DNA from: a virus | Taxonomy: Duplodnaviria; Caudoviricetes | DNA: 64,000 nucleotides | Direction: 5' to 3' (one strand) | IMG/VR virus record: IMGVR_UViG_3300037422_000298 | In this document: positions 17,205 to 26,460 of the stretch, in pieces | How the letters are laid out: each line of letters starts with the position of its first letter | Position numbering within the stretch: the first letter of the stretch is position 1 | The notes under the pieces: generated by a model | What the model saw: the letters and a program-made list of their open reading frames with translations, nothing else | Database searches by the model: none | Told to the model about the DNA's origin: nothing | Program-made: the position numbers and the translations under genes

Positions 17205-17547
17205 GGTACTGCTCCCAGTTTACGGGAAGCTCGCAGTTCGCGGGAGCCTCCGCGAACATCGGGCCGATCTGATCGTCACGATAACCTGCGAGTCCGCAGC
17301 CGACGCGCGTAACTTGGTAGATCGTCTCCGGCGTATCGCGCGCAAACTCGATGAACTTGTCGACGGACGCTTTGATCTCGTCGAGCGTTCGCGGCTTCAG
17401 CTCACGGTCTTTTGTCGGGATGCCGTACGAGTAGCCCTGCAAACCTTCGCCGCAGCCATAGATCGCGCCGTACTTGCGGCGCGCTTCGAGGGCGGCGCCC
17501 GCCCCATGGCGACCGGCGAGGTTCGAGCCGAAAACAAAAATCTTCAC
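17191..17547 (-). CDS. A1S_2505-like phage protein (macro-domain-like)
   Basis: IFVFGSNLAGRHGAGAA...SYGIPTK...VTRVGCGLAG. Confidence 0.8.
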   Translation of the reverse strand: MKIFVFGSNLAGRHGAGAALEARRKYGAIYGCGEGLQGYSYGIPTKDRELKPRTLDEIKASVDKFIEFARDTPETIYQVTRVGCGLAGYRDDQIGPMFAEAPANCELPVNWEQYRART

Positions 17548-17864
17548 GGCTTCGCGCGTTCCGCGGCATGTTTTGCGTGCAGCGTCGACAACTTCGTCAC
17601 GAGCGCCGTTGTTTCTTCGACGTGATGTGCGCGCAGGTCTTTGTACGCGAGCCGAAGCTCGTCGATCGTCGCAAGCTCAACGGCATCGTCGCCCATCTCG
17701 TGAAAGCGCTTGAGCTGCGCCGGACGATAGCCGTCGCAGCCGTGACAGTTCAACTTGCCCGCAACGCACGGACCGCCACGATGCGCGTGCTTCTGGCAGC
17801 CACACGCACACGTTGGATGCTCGGGACAGTAATCGCCCTCTTGGAAGCAGGTGCAGTTAGTCAT
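17544..17864 (-). CDS. Cys/His-rich hypothetical protein
   Basis: ORF track. Confidence 0.55.
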   Translation of the reverse strand: MTNCTCFQEGDYCPEHPTCACGCQKHAHRGGPCVAGKLNCHGCDGYRPAQLKRFHEMGDDAVELATIDELRLAYKDLRAHHVEETTALVTKLSTLHAKHAAERAKP

Positions 17865-18999
17865 TTAGCCTCGGTGGCGGTATCGTCGGTCGGTAAGGGT
17901 TCACGGAAGTCATGGACAAACGTTCTTCAGCGATCAGTGCAATCATAGTTCGTCGGAGCGAGCCGCGTAGAAACCTTATTGCGAGTCCAGCTTCGGCATG
18001 ATTCTTCTCAACCCATGCAAGCAGTCGCTCCGCGCCATAGGCGACTACAAGTACTTCGGGTCCCGGTTTTTTCGGAAACTGTGTACGAACATCGTACAGT
18101 GTGTCTAGCGGGATAGCTAAAAGCCGACTCCACTGCGGTAAGGAAAATGTGTATGCACCATTATGGGCATACTTACAACGAGACGGAACATTCAGTTTTA
18201 TTAGCGGTATTGCTGTACTGCGTCGAGCTTTGGGCGTCTGCCAAACGCAATTGGTTAATTCGAAGTCGCGATCCTGATCAATACGGCCGAGGGTACATCC
18301 CTTGGGACGCTCACCCATGTCTCTGTAGAAATTCTCAAACCGCCTCCAGCGCGTACAAATATCGATTCCACGCGCACCTAAACGTCCCCATAGAGGAGAA
18401 GAAATGGTCGTACAGCCACGGAACACATTCTGCCACTCTCGATAGCTGGCTGCCTTAGGCGCGAAGTGGATATCACAACTGGTCGCCTCCTTAATCAGTT
18501 TTAGGCCGTGGATTACAGGGAACGCCTCAAAGAATTCACAGCATCCCATAAAACGGTATGAACTATCTATCTGTACTCTGTGATTGGTGAAGGCATGATG
18601 AAGTGCGCTTTCAGAAAATCTGCCGCCACGAAAAATGGCCAATAACACGCCGGACGTAACAACCGTTGGAGCAATGCCAGGTAGCTTGAAATTTCTCTTG
18701 CGCGATGAATAAGCCTTTCCGTGAAGAGCCGCACGATTTAAGTCGTACATGAGCCTCAAACAACGCGCAGTAGGATCTGGTGAGTGTCCGATCTTCGCCA
18801 ACCACTGACCGTTTACCCACACCAGAAATAGGTAGCAGTACCAGGACTTCTTAGACGATTTGTTGACTAACGGTTTGAATACCTTTTTACCTATGGTCGA
18901 TTCATACGTTGTGAACTTTGCTTGTAGGCTGACTGGTGGAAGATTGACCCTGTTCTCTAACACCCTACGTACGGAACGGGCATCAAAATCATCGTTCAT
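17857..18999 (-). CDS. Putative homing-endonuclease-like protein (T5orf172/GIY-YIG-like + HNH-like), low GC
   Basis: YCYLF..AKIGHS..ESALH..EFF; GARGIDICTRWRRFENFYRDMGERP..LGRID..NCVW; visibly AT-richer than flanks. Confidence 0.65.
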   Translation of the reverse strand: MNDDFDARSVRRVLENRVNLPPVSLQAKFTTYESTIGKKVFKPLVNKSSKKSWYCYLFLVWVNGQWLAKIGHSPDPTARCLRLMYDLNRAALHGKAYSSRKRNFKLPGIAPTVVTSGVLLAIFRGGRFSESALHHAFTNHRVQIDSSYRFMGCCEFFEAFPVIHGLKLIKEATSCDIHFAPKAASYREWQNVFRGCTTISSPLWGRLGARGIDICTRWRRFENFYRDMGERPKGCTLGRIDQDRDFELTNCVWQTPKARRSTAIPLIKLNVPSRCKYAHNGAYTFSLPQWSRLLAIPLDTLYDVRTQFPKKPGPEVLVVAYGAERLLAWVEKNHAEAGLAIRFLRGSLRRTMIALIAEERLSMTSVNPYRPTIPPPRLND

Positions 19000-19529
19000 G
19001 AAACTCCCATCAGCTCGGCGTACGAGAAACGATCCCCGAGCGCCTCCTGCACCGTCGTCATCTCTTCGGACAAGCGCAGGAGCAGCTGGTTGTACAGATA
19101 CACGTAGCGCGGGACGGCGATCTTGCCCTCGACGAACTGCTTGCCGACTTCCGTGATCCGGTAGCGCCCGACACGATCAGATCCGTCATCGCGTTCGCCC
19201 GGTGCGCGTTCGAGCAGTCCCCAATAGCGTAGCTTCACGACGTCACCACCCGCGATCGAGCTATCACGCTTGACCTTCACCAAGAACGCTGCGACGTGCA
19301 GCCACGTGTGGTGCGGGTTCTGCTTGAAGTGCTGGTAGATCATCACGAGCGCGAGAGCCATCGTGCTGTTCAACTTGCGCTTGTAGACCTTGCAGAGCTG
19401 ACCGCATGCCGGGCACGTGACACCGTCGCGCAGGTTCTGCTGCACGAAGGCCTTCGCGTCTTCGAGGCTGGTGCCTGCGAAGACGGGAGCGTGTTCGTGA
19501 AGCTCTTCGTCGGTGTCCGTGTCCATCAA
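18996..19529 (-). CDS. Zn-ribbon/wHTH phage protein
   Basis: CPACGQ..YKRKLNS; LRYWGLL..YRITEVG. Confidence 0.65.
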   Translation of the reverse strand: MMDTDTDEELHEHAPVFAGTSLEDAKAFVQQNLRDGVTCPACGQLCKVYKRKLNSTMALALVMIYQHFKQNPHHTWLHVAAFLVKVKRDSSIAGGDVVKLRYWGLLERAPGERDDGSDRVGRYRITEVGKQFVEGKIAVPRYVYLYNQLLLRLSEEMTTVQEALGDRFSYAELMGVS

Positions 19530-20225
19530 TCACCTTACCTGGTAGCACCAACCCTCGACGACCAAGATCGCCAGCGTCGGATCCTCGTCCCTCTGACGAA
19601 ACAACTTCGTGTGTAGTTCAGCGTTCGGCGGCAGCCACCAGAAGCACGGCATCGCTTCGGCAGCCAACGCCCACAACTTGCCCCGATGCACGATGCGATT
19701 TGCATAGACGTCCGTGACCTCGACGTCTGTTGCATGTGGGATTTTTCCAATCGTGCGTCCCCACATCGTCGTGACGAGCCACGCTTGGTCGCCAAGCACG
19801 CGTAACGGCCAGCGGTCGTCCTTGGCGGCGTCGCCTGCTAGCTCGAACGACTTCGTTTCGCTGACCGTCCGCAGCTGATGAATGTCGAACTGGCTTGGGT
19901 TCGGCGCCATCGCACGTAGCAACGCGAACGGGACCGAGAATGGCGTCACGCGCTCGCGTGGTCGTACGCGTTCCAGCTCGCGCGGCAGCGGCTTCTCGCC
20001 GATCAGGTGATGCACGCAGAAGTCGCGCAACGCCTCGACGGATCGCCACGGCCCGACGGCCGACGAGAGCACCGCTTCGGCTGCTTCGAGGAACTTGTGG
20101 TCGTCCATCGTGCGCTTGACGAGCAACGTCGTGTCGAGCTGACCGAAGTCGCGAATGAACTCCAGCAGGTCGACGACAACCTGTCGACGCTCAGTGAGGT
20201 TCATGGGCGACCGATCGATTCTCAC
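19530..20225 (-). CDS. Hypothetical protein
   Basis: ORF track. Confidence 0.6.
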   Translation of the reverse strand: MRIDRSPMNLTERRQVVVDLLEFIRDFGQLDTTLLVKRTMDDHKFLEAAEAVLSSAVGPWRSVEALRDFCVHHLIGEKPLPRELERVRPRERVTPFSVPFALLRAMAPNPSQFDIHQLRTVSETKSFELAGDAAKDDRWPLRVLGDQAWLVTTMWGRTIGKIPHATDVEVTDVYANRIVHRGKLWALAAEAMPCFWWLPPNAELHTKLFRQRDEDPTLAILVVEGWCYQVR

Positions 20226-20605
20226 GGCTCCGCAACCTCTTCGTCTTCGCCCTCGTGCAACATGCCAACCAACGTCTCGATCAGCGTCTCGCGGATCTCG
20301 TGGCTGCAGTCGTCACAGCTTCGCGCGTGATGCCAGTCGACCTTGCCTTCGCTGTTCTCCTCGACCATGTTCCTGAACGGCTCACCGATTGGCGACGCCA
20401 AGAACGCTTCGATGGCCGTATCCGAGTCGTGCTCGTCGCGCGCTACCAGGTGCACACCGAAGCAAACCTCAGCGCAGAACAGGCGACTGCAGATCGGACA
20501 GATGATGCCATCGACGCCTTCGCGGCACATGGCGCAGACGTTCTCCAATACGACACCGCCACCGGGAAGCTCGTAGCGAACACGCTGTGGCTGCTTGATG
20601 CTCAT
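20222..20605 (-). CDS. Cys-rich hypothetical protein
   Basis: ORF track. Confidence 0.55.
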   Translation of the reverse strand: MSIKQPQRVRYELPGGGVVLENVCAMCREGVDGIICPICSRLFCAEVCFGVHLVARDEHDSDTAIEAFLASPIGEPFRNMVEENSEGKVDWHHARSCDDCSHEIRETLIETLVGMLHEGEDEEVAEP

Positions 20606-20832
20606 CGTTGACGCTCCAGGAATGCTTGGCAGGCAGCCACGCGCGCATCAGTCCGCAGGTGGCGAAACTCGGTGATCGCTTTGCGATGGTGATACGGCGC
20701 CTCTTCCGACGAGAGTGCTTCGCACGTCATCGCTTCCGCAAACCGTTTCGCGTTCAGGTAGCCAGGGTCATGCTGGTCGTAGACCCACACGAGCAACGCC
20801 TCCCGGCGCTTCTGTTTCGCGGTCTTTCTCAT
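20602..20832 (-). CDS. Hypothetical protein
   Basis: ORF track; coupled. Confidence 0.5.
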   Translation of the reverse strand: MRKTAKQKRREALLVWVYDQHDPGYLNAKRFAEAMTCEALSSEEAPYHHRKAITEFRHLRTDARVAACQAFLERQR

Positions 20833-21329
20833 CGCATACCCGTTGCTGCGCGAAGCGCGAGGAACTCGTTCGGGTTGATCCGACGCTTCTCGCGCTTGAT
20901 GCGGTCAGCGTAGTTGACGGTGTTCGCTGTGCCGCCAGGCGAGCCGTCGAAGACGGCGATCAGGACGTTGATGTGGTCGACGATCCATTCGTTCCTGGCC
21001 TGCATCTTCCAGTTCTCGTAGATGCCGTCGTTGACGATGACGATCTCGCGCGCCTGTTTGATCAGCCGTTGGTATTTCTCTTGGGATTCGGGCGGCCACG
21101 CCTTGGCCTGTCCCGGAAACGGAACTGCCGCGATGAACGGGATGTTCAGCTCGACGCAGGCTTCTGCAGTCCACTGATCGACGCCGAGCGCCATGCCGGT
21201 GATCAAGTAGAGCGGCTGCAGCTCGCGCAGGACGTTTCGAAGCTCCATCTTGATCCACAGCGCGAGCGGATCCGTACCCTCGTAGTTGCCACACTTCGGC
21301 GGCCGGTGGCCCGTGACTCCGACGATCAT
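20829..21329 (-). CDS. SLOG-superfamily (YspA/DUF1273-like) protein
   Basis: VGVTGHRP; ITGMALGVDQW; RNEWIVD; GGTANTV. Confidence 0.85.
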   Translation of the reverse strand: MIVGVTGHRPPKCGNYEGTDPLALWIKMELRNVLRELQPLYLITGMALGVDQWTAEACVELNIPFIAAVPFPGQAKAWPPESQEKYQRLIKQAREIVIVNDGIYENWKMQARNEWIVDHINVLIAVFDGSPGGTANTVNYADRIKREKRRINPNEFLALRAATGMR

Positions 21330-21658
21330 TCGGGTCTCCCGCTCTTCGTGATGCAGTTCGCGAGGTCATCGCGTCCGATCGCGCGCAGCAGTAGCTCCGT
21401 CGCGAAGTCGGCGTGCTCGCCGGTTTCGTAGACGGCTTCGAACGCCAGCTTGACGTTGTCGTCGCCGGGGATGTCCTCGAACTTGATCACTTGATGGCTC
21501 GGTGGATGGTTGAACTGGATCTGCGCTTCACGGCGATGCAGGTCGACAGCGACGGCGAACTTTCCCCACTCGGTGTGAACGAACCTGCGTTTGCCGTCAA
21601 CGTGCCACCAGTTCGTGATGTCGCCGTTGGCTTCGAGCCAGCAGAAGCGAATGCTCAC
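21326..21658 (-). CDS. Hypothetical protein
   Basis: GTG start overlapping the upstream stop. Confidence 0.5.
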   Translation of the reverse strand: MSIRFCWLEANGDITNWWHVDGKRRFVHTEWGKFAVAVDLHRREAQIQFNHPPSHQVIKFEDIPGDDNVKLAFEAVYETGEHADFATELLLRAIGRDDLANCITKSGRPE

Positions 21659-22023
21659 GGAGCGACTCCCTGACGTCGCCATGCGACAAGCACGGCTTCG
21701 ATCGCAGCAAGAATGTTGTCGGCACCTGCGCCGTGGGCTGCGCCCTCGATCAGTTCGTAGACCTTGTCGAGCGTATGCACGTCGAACGTGCTCGCAGCCT
21801 TCCTGCGGCCGATCTGATCGGGATACCCCCACGTGCCGGTCTTGGGCCTGCACGCTGTCGAGCAGTAGACGATCGTCGTCGCGCGCCCACGTGCGTAAAG
21901 TAACCAGTCCTTGGGCAGGTCCCACCACAACTCGACACCGTCGCGCGCAGACACCTCTGCCGACGCGTTTGCGGTCTTGCCACAACCGTCGCAGACGACG
22001 AAGCCTCGCACGAACGCGGGCAC
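21655..22023 (-). CDS. Hypothetical protein (CDGC...CSTAC)
   Basis: Start inferred from coupling. Confidence 0.5.
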   Translation of the reverse strand: MPAFVRGFVVCDGCGKTANASAEVSARDGVELWWDLPKDWLLYARGRATTIVYCSTACRPKTGTWGYPDQIGRRKAASTFDVHTLDKVYELIEGAAHGAGADNILAAIEAVLVAWRRQGVAP

Positions 22024-22388
22024 TAGCGACGCTTCCTCCGCCGACCGACGCGGCGGTGAACACGGTCGATCTTCCGGCCGCGAGCCTGACGCTTCCGAAC
22101 GACCGTCGCGCTTACATAACCCTCGTCTGGCGCCTTCGCGAGTGCTCTCGCGAGAGGGCACTTGCGATACTCCTTGCACTGACAGTACGCGACCCAGACC
22201 GTCGCAGAGATCGCGTCTCGTTCACCGGCCGCGATACCGATGAACGCGAGCCCCGGGTCGCCGTTGTCCTTGGCCCAACGACCGTTGCGACGCAGCTGCA
22301 GCGCTTTCGTTCCGACGGACGTCTTGCCGGGACGGCACCGCGGATGTGCCGCATGCTGCGGCCGTGGATGCCGACAAGCGTCCTTCAT
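22023..22388 (-). CDS. Basic hypothetical protein
   Basis: ATGA coupling. Confidence 0.45.
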   Translation of the reverse strand: MKDACRHPRPQHAAHPRCRPGKTSVGTKALQLRRNGRWAKDNGDPGLAFIGIAAGERDAISATVWVAYCQCKEYRKCPLARALAKAPDEGYVSATVVRKRQARGRKIDRVHRRVGRRRKRR

Positions 22389-22918
22389 GACTTCACCGTC
22401 GGTACAGGAATCATCGCGCGGATCGCAGCAGCACGTCCCAACTCGCGCGCAGCGGCTTCCATGTGCTGATTGGCTGCATACTCCGTTTCCGCGTAGAGCT
22501 TTTCGAGCTGCTCTGGCGATAGCCGTTGCAGCATCTCTTCGAACACCAGTACAGGCCGCTCGTTTTGCCACACCGCGAAATTGCGCCCAACTTCGAAACC
22601 GTTCGAATCGAGTGTTATGGCGGATCGCATGATCACCTCGGCAGTGAAGCGTCGTCCGAGCAGCACCTCTCGATGAAAGTTGCCGTGATCGTCCAGCTCA
22701 ACGCCCGTCGCCATGACCAATTGCTTGAGCCGCACGCGTGCACCAACAGACGACGCGTTCAGTACGTACCCGCCGAACATGGTGCGACCGGACATTGCTC
22801 CTTCGGAGATCACGCGACCGAGAACTCGCAGCGTCGGGTTCCCTGCGCGGGATTGACCAAATTCGGCACGATCGATTTCGAAGTCGTACGTTCCCGGCTC
22901 TGGTAGCTCGAACGCCAT
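22385..22918 (-). CDS. DUF669-like ssDNA-binding protein, paralog of 37891-38484
   Basis: PGTYDFEI..SRAGNPTL..GRTM. Confidence 0.7.
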   Translation of the reverse strand: MAFELPEPGTYDFEIDRAEFGQSRAGNPTLRVLGRVISEGAMSGRTMFGGYVLNASSVGARVRLKQLVMATGVELDDHGNFHREVLLGRRFTAEVIMRSAITLDSNGFEVGRNFAVWQNERPVLVFEEMLQRLSPEQLEKLYAETEYAANQHMEAAARELGRAAAIRAMIPVPTVKS

Positions 22919-22920
22919 GA

Positions 22921-23610
22921 CTAGCCCTTCCCTGGCTGCGCCGGAAGCATGCTTTCCAGCTCGGCGATACGTGCTTTGAGCGTCCCGACCTCAGCCAGGA
23001 GCGCACCACGCTGATTCAGCGCCTCGGCGACTTCAGAGTCGAGCGGTACCGTCTGCGAAAGTTGGGCGACCATCGCGAGCAGCTCGTCGCGACGGGTATG
23101 CAGTTGAGCGTTCTCCGTGAGCGCCTCGTGCAGCTCCTTCCCGAGCTTCTTGTTCTCCTCGATCTCGGTCTGCCACGCTGACCGAATCCACGTGACGTCG
23201 GCCTCCGCTCGCGCGATCCGTTCTTGGCATCCAACGTGGAAGTCGACGCCTGTCGTTGTGACGACGTACGGCTGCCAGACGTGTCCACAGCCGTGACAAA
23301 GATGCTTGCGGTGCAGGCGCGTCGTCGCCCACTCGTCTTGATCGACGTGGAGCTTGCCGCACTCGGGACAGAGAATCTCCGTCGGGACCTGCGCGTTGTG
23401 CGCTTTCTCCAAGTCGCCGACGAAGCCGTCGAGCGTCATCGCCGTCTGCTTCTCCTGTTCGCGTGACTGTTCGAGGTTGACTTTGAGCTTCGCGTTCTCG
23501 GCTTGTAGCTCGGCGATGCGGTCCTCGAACCATGGCGTCGCTCCGTTCTCGTACGGACACCCGGGATCGTGACCCTCCAACCAACCAGGACGTTCACAAC
23601 GACAGCTCAT
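22921..23610 (-). CDS. Coiled-coil protein with Zn-ribbon
   Basis: CPECGKLHVD..HRKHLCHGCGHVW. Confidence 0.65.
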   Translation of the reverse strand: MSCRCERPGWLEGHDPGCPYENGATPWFEDRIAELQAENAKLKVNLEQSREQEKQTAMTLDGFVGDLEKAHNAQVPTEILCPECGKLHVDQDEWATTRLHRKHLCHGCGHVWQPYVVTTTGVDFHVGCQERIARAEADVTWIRSAWQTEIEENKKLGKELHEALTENAQLHTRRDELLAMVAQLSQTVPLDSEVAEALNQRGALLAEVGTLKARIAELESMLPAQPGKG

Positions 23611-23885
23611 GGCACCCTCACGACTTCGCGTTGAGTCGCCTGGTACTTGTACCGGCGCGCACTACCGCGTTTGTACTCGACGATGTAGTAGCCCTTGTAG
23701 AACCGCGGCCCGACGGCGTCGTAGAACGCATCTGTACGCGTCTTGTGAACGTCGAACAGCTTGCCTTTGGCGTCGAGCAAGTAGAAGACGCTCGACGGCG
23801 CGCCTTTAGGCGCGTTGCGAACGGTACGACTGCGCCGCGAAGTTGCCTTCTTCACCTTCTTCGTCTTCTTCGTCTTCTGCGTCAT
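23607..23885 (-). CDS. Small basic protein
   Basis: MTQKTKKTKKVKK; coupled. Confidence 0.5.
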   Translation of the reverse strand: MTQKTKKTKKVKKATSRRSRTVRNAPKGAPSSVFYLLDAKGKLFDVHKTRTDAFYDAVGPRFYKGYYIVEYKRGSARRYKYQATQREVVRVP

Positions 23886-24562
23886 CCTGCTAGCTCCTGG
23901 ATCTTGGTCAGCGTTTCTTCGATCCATGGCATGCCGTTGTACCAACCGTCGAGCACGGTACCGTCCTTGTCGGTCAAGACGACTGCCGCGACCCGACCGA
24001 CGTTGTAGATCTCGCGGATAGTCATCGCCTTGAGCCGCTTGGTTTGGTCGTTCTCGTCTGCGACCCACGTCGCGATGCCGCGATCCTTGAGCTTGCCGAC
24101 GAACGTATTGATTTCGCCGGTCACGCCCGTCTCATCGCTACTGAGCGGTGGAAACACGATCACGAACACCTGACGCTTCGACGGCACCTCCGGTTCGTCT
24201 TCGTACCCGCCGTCTTCATCGATGCAGAAGTCTTCCTCGGCTTCGGCGATCGCGTCGTTGCACTCTTCGACCAGCACTGCGTATCCAGCAACGCGCTCCT
24301 CGACGATTTCTGTCATTTGACGGAGCCGCCGACACAACGCAGCGATCTGTTCTGTTGCGTGAACGCGCAGTTCCTGAAGCCGCACCGTCTCGGGCGGCGG
24401 CTCTAGGCATACTTCGACCGTGAAACTGTTCGCGACGATCGCTCCCGCGAGACGCGCTTCGCGCGGTCCGTACAGGTTCTGCTTGATCTGCTCCTGTGCC
24501 GGTCGCGAATAGAACGCGAGAACTTCTTTCGCCTCGCGCAGGATGTTTGGGTCGAGCGGCAT
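23882..24562 (-). CDS. Hypothetical protein
   Basis: ORF track. Confidence 0.6.
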   Translation of the reverse strand: MPLDPNILREAKEVLAFYSRPAQEQIKQNLYGPREARLAGAIVANSFTVEVCLEPPPETVRLQELRVHATEQIAALCRRLRQMTEIVEERVAGYAVLVEECNDAIAEAEEDFCIDEDGGYEDEPEVPSKRQVFVIVFPPLSSDETGVTGEINTFVGKLKDRGIATWVADENDQTKRLKAMTIREIYNVGRVAAVVLTDKDGTVLDGWYNGMPWIEETLTKIQELAG

Positions 24563-24568
24563 GACGTC

Positions 24569-24952
24569 TCAGGCGCAGAGCGCCAGCACCTTCTCGGGGA
24601 TTTCAATGGGCGGTTCCTCGCCGAGCCACGTCAAGTCGAAGATACGAAGTTGCGCCTCGATGGCTGTAATCGACTCGCCTTGCATGCCGTTGGACACACG
24701 ACCGCCGACCATCCAGAATTCGCGAGGCCCGCCACTCCTGATGATCGCCTTGTTCATCTCCATGCCGTGCGCGCGATGCTCTGGGTTGAAGTCGTCGAGG
24801 ACGTCGCAGGTGATCAACCAGTCAGCGATCACGGCGACGTTCGGAAAGTTGTCGTAGACCCAACGAATCCAACGTCGGGCTCGTGCCTTGTTGGCTTCGA
24901 CGCCCTCCGGCGTTGGACTGCCCAAAGGGTGGGCGAGATAAATCACGCGCAT
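24569..24952 (-). CDS. Nucleoside 2-deoxyribosyltransferase-like (DUF4406-like) protein
   Basis: VIYLAHPL..N..RA; GRVSNGMQGE. Confidence 0.6.
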   Translation of the reverse strand: MRVIYLAHPLGSPTPEGVEANKARARRWIRWVYDNFPNVAVIADWLITCDVLDDFNPEHRAHGMEMNKAIIRSGGPREFWMVGGRVSNGMQGESITAIEAQLRIFDLTWLGEEPPIEIPEKVLALCA

Positions 24953-26154
24953 TGAAGTTCCTCCTCATCCTCGTCGTCTTGATCGTTTGGTTCTGGAAGC
25001 GCAACGGTCTGCGACTCCGTCGGCGAAGCGTACGGGCGCGGCTTCCAAAGCATCTCGGCCTTCGAGGGCACTTTGGGCGCCAGCCGCCGCAGCTCCGTGG
25101 CGACGATCGCGTCCGTTACCGGCACTGGCAGGTTGAGCACCTGGATCCGGTCACCAATCGTCGGCTCCGGTTTGGGCATCTGTAGCGCTATGTTCGCGTC
25201 CGGCGAGGTGTCGAATGACAGGTTCGCGCGACCGGCTACGAGCAGGCGGTAGCCCCACGGGATGTTCACGCGCAGCTCGGCGTCCTCGATCTTGTGCATC
25301 AACTCCCAGTCGGCCCACGCGGGTTGACAGACCGGGTTGTAGACAGACCACAAGAGATCGAACGCGTCGTTCGTCGGGATCACGTAGCCGCGGATGATCA
25401 AGATCGCCGCACGCAAGCATGCCGTCGAGCCGTTCTGGCCTTGAATCGCGGGCTCGGCCTGTTCGAGTGCGCGTCGCGCCAGACGCAGACGATTCTCCAG
25501 CGGGGGTAGGTCTTCCTCTTTGGGGCGTTCGCCGCTCGTCGAGAACTCCTTCTGTTTCTCGCGCGCCGAGATCGCGAACTTGAAGGCCCACTCGGGCAGC
25601 TCGGCGATCGGCAGCTCGTTACGCCATTGATAGCGCGCGCCACTGGAGTGTAGCGACGGCGCGCCGACGATCAGGCCGCCCTCTGAACGAATATCGATGC
25701 CCGGTGCGAGCCGTGCGCGGTTCTTGATCCAGTCGCTGTAGAGCGGATCGACGTGGAAGATACGGTGCTCGCCGCCACCTTCGCGTCCCGTCGACTGCAT
25801 CAGCGTCGGCGGCAAAGGACTGTACGCCTCTTCGAGTTGCTTGAGCGATTCACGGCCCTCGTCACCGTCGATGTCGATGCAGATCAGACACGCCTGGCCG
25901 CCCATCAAGATGCCGATGTTGGCGCGTGGCCAGCGACGCCACCAAGCGCGAAGTTTATCGACGTCCGTGGTTGCGACCTCGCGCCACTTGCCGAACACCG
26001 GATGCTTACCTGCAGCACCGCAGTCCACGCGCTTCTTGCACGAGCAGCCCTGAACGCCGTCGTACTGATTCAGGTAATGCAACGCGATGATGCGCCAGCC
26101 GCGCTGTGCGTACTCGACAGCGGCGTCGGCGAGTATGTTGCGTTGCGGCGGCAC
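24943..26154 (-). CDS. Bifunctional DNA primase/polymerase (Prim-Pol)
   Basis: YAQRGWRIIAL; CSC..C..GKHP; ANIGI; IDIDG; GIDIRSEGGLIVGAPSLHSSG; SD GAGGA before GTG 26154. Confidence 0.85.
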   Translation of the reverse strand: MPPQRNILADAAVEYAQRGWRIIALHYLNQYDGVQGCSCKKRVDCGAAGKHPVFGKWREVATTDVDKLRAWWRRWPRANIGILMGGQACLICIDIDGDEGRESLKQLEEAYSPLPPTLMQSTGREGGGEHRIFHVDPLYSDWIKNRARLAPGIDIRSEGGLIVGAPSLHSSGARYQWRNELPIAELPEWAFKFAISAREKQKEFSTSGERPKEEDLPPLENRLRLARRALEQAEPAIQGQNGSTACLRAAILIIRGYVIPTNDAFDLLWSVYNPVCQPAWADWELMHKIEDAELRVNIPWGYRLLVAGRANLSFDTSPDANIALQMPKPEPTIGDRIQVLNLPVPVTDAIVATELRRLAPKVPSKAEMLWKPRPYASPTESQTVALPEPNDQDDEDEEELQCA

Positions 26155-26460
26155 TACCGTTGTTCCTCGAAGTGTTGCAGGCTGCGACGATTGCAGTCTC
26201 GTACCATCGTGAAGACCGCGAGCACGCACGCCACGACGAGGATCGCGCCCATGAGCAGGGCGAACAGATCGACGTCACCGCGGCGGTGCCGCATCAGGGC
26301 TTCTCCACCTCGACGCCGAGTGTCTCGGCCACGCGCGCCGCAATTCGCGCAGCATCAGCAGGTGTGTAGGCATCGAACGTTAACGTTGCGTACTCGACCT
26401 GCAGGCAGACCGTCGCGTGATCGCGGATGAACACACGAACGACGTTTTTCAAATCGCGCG

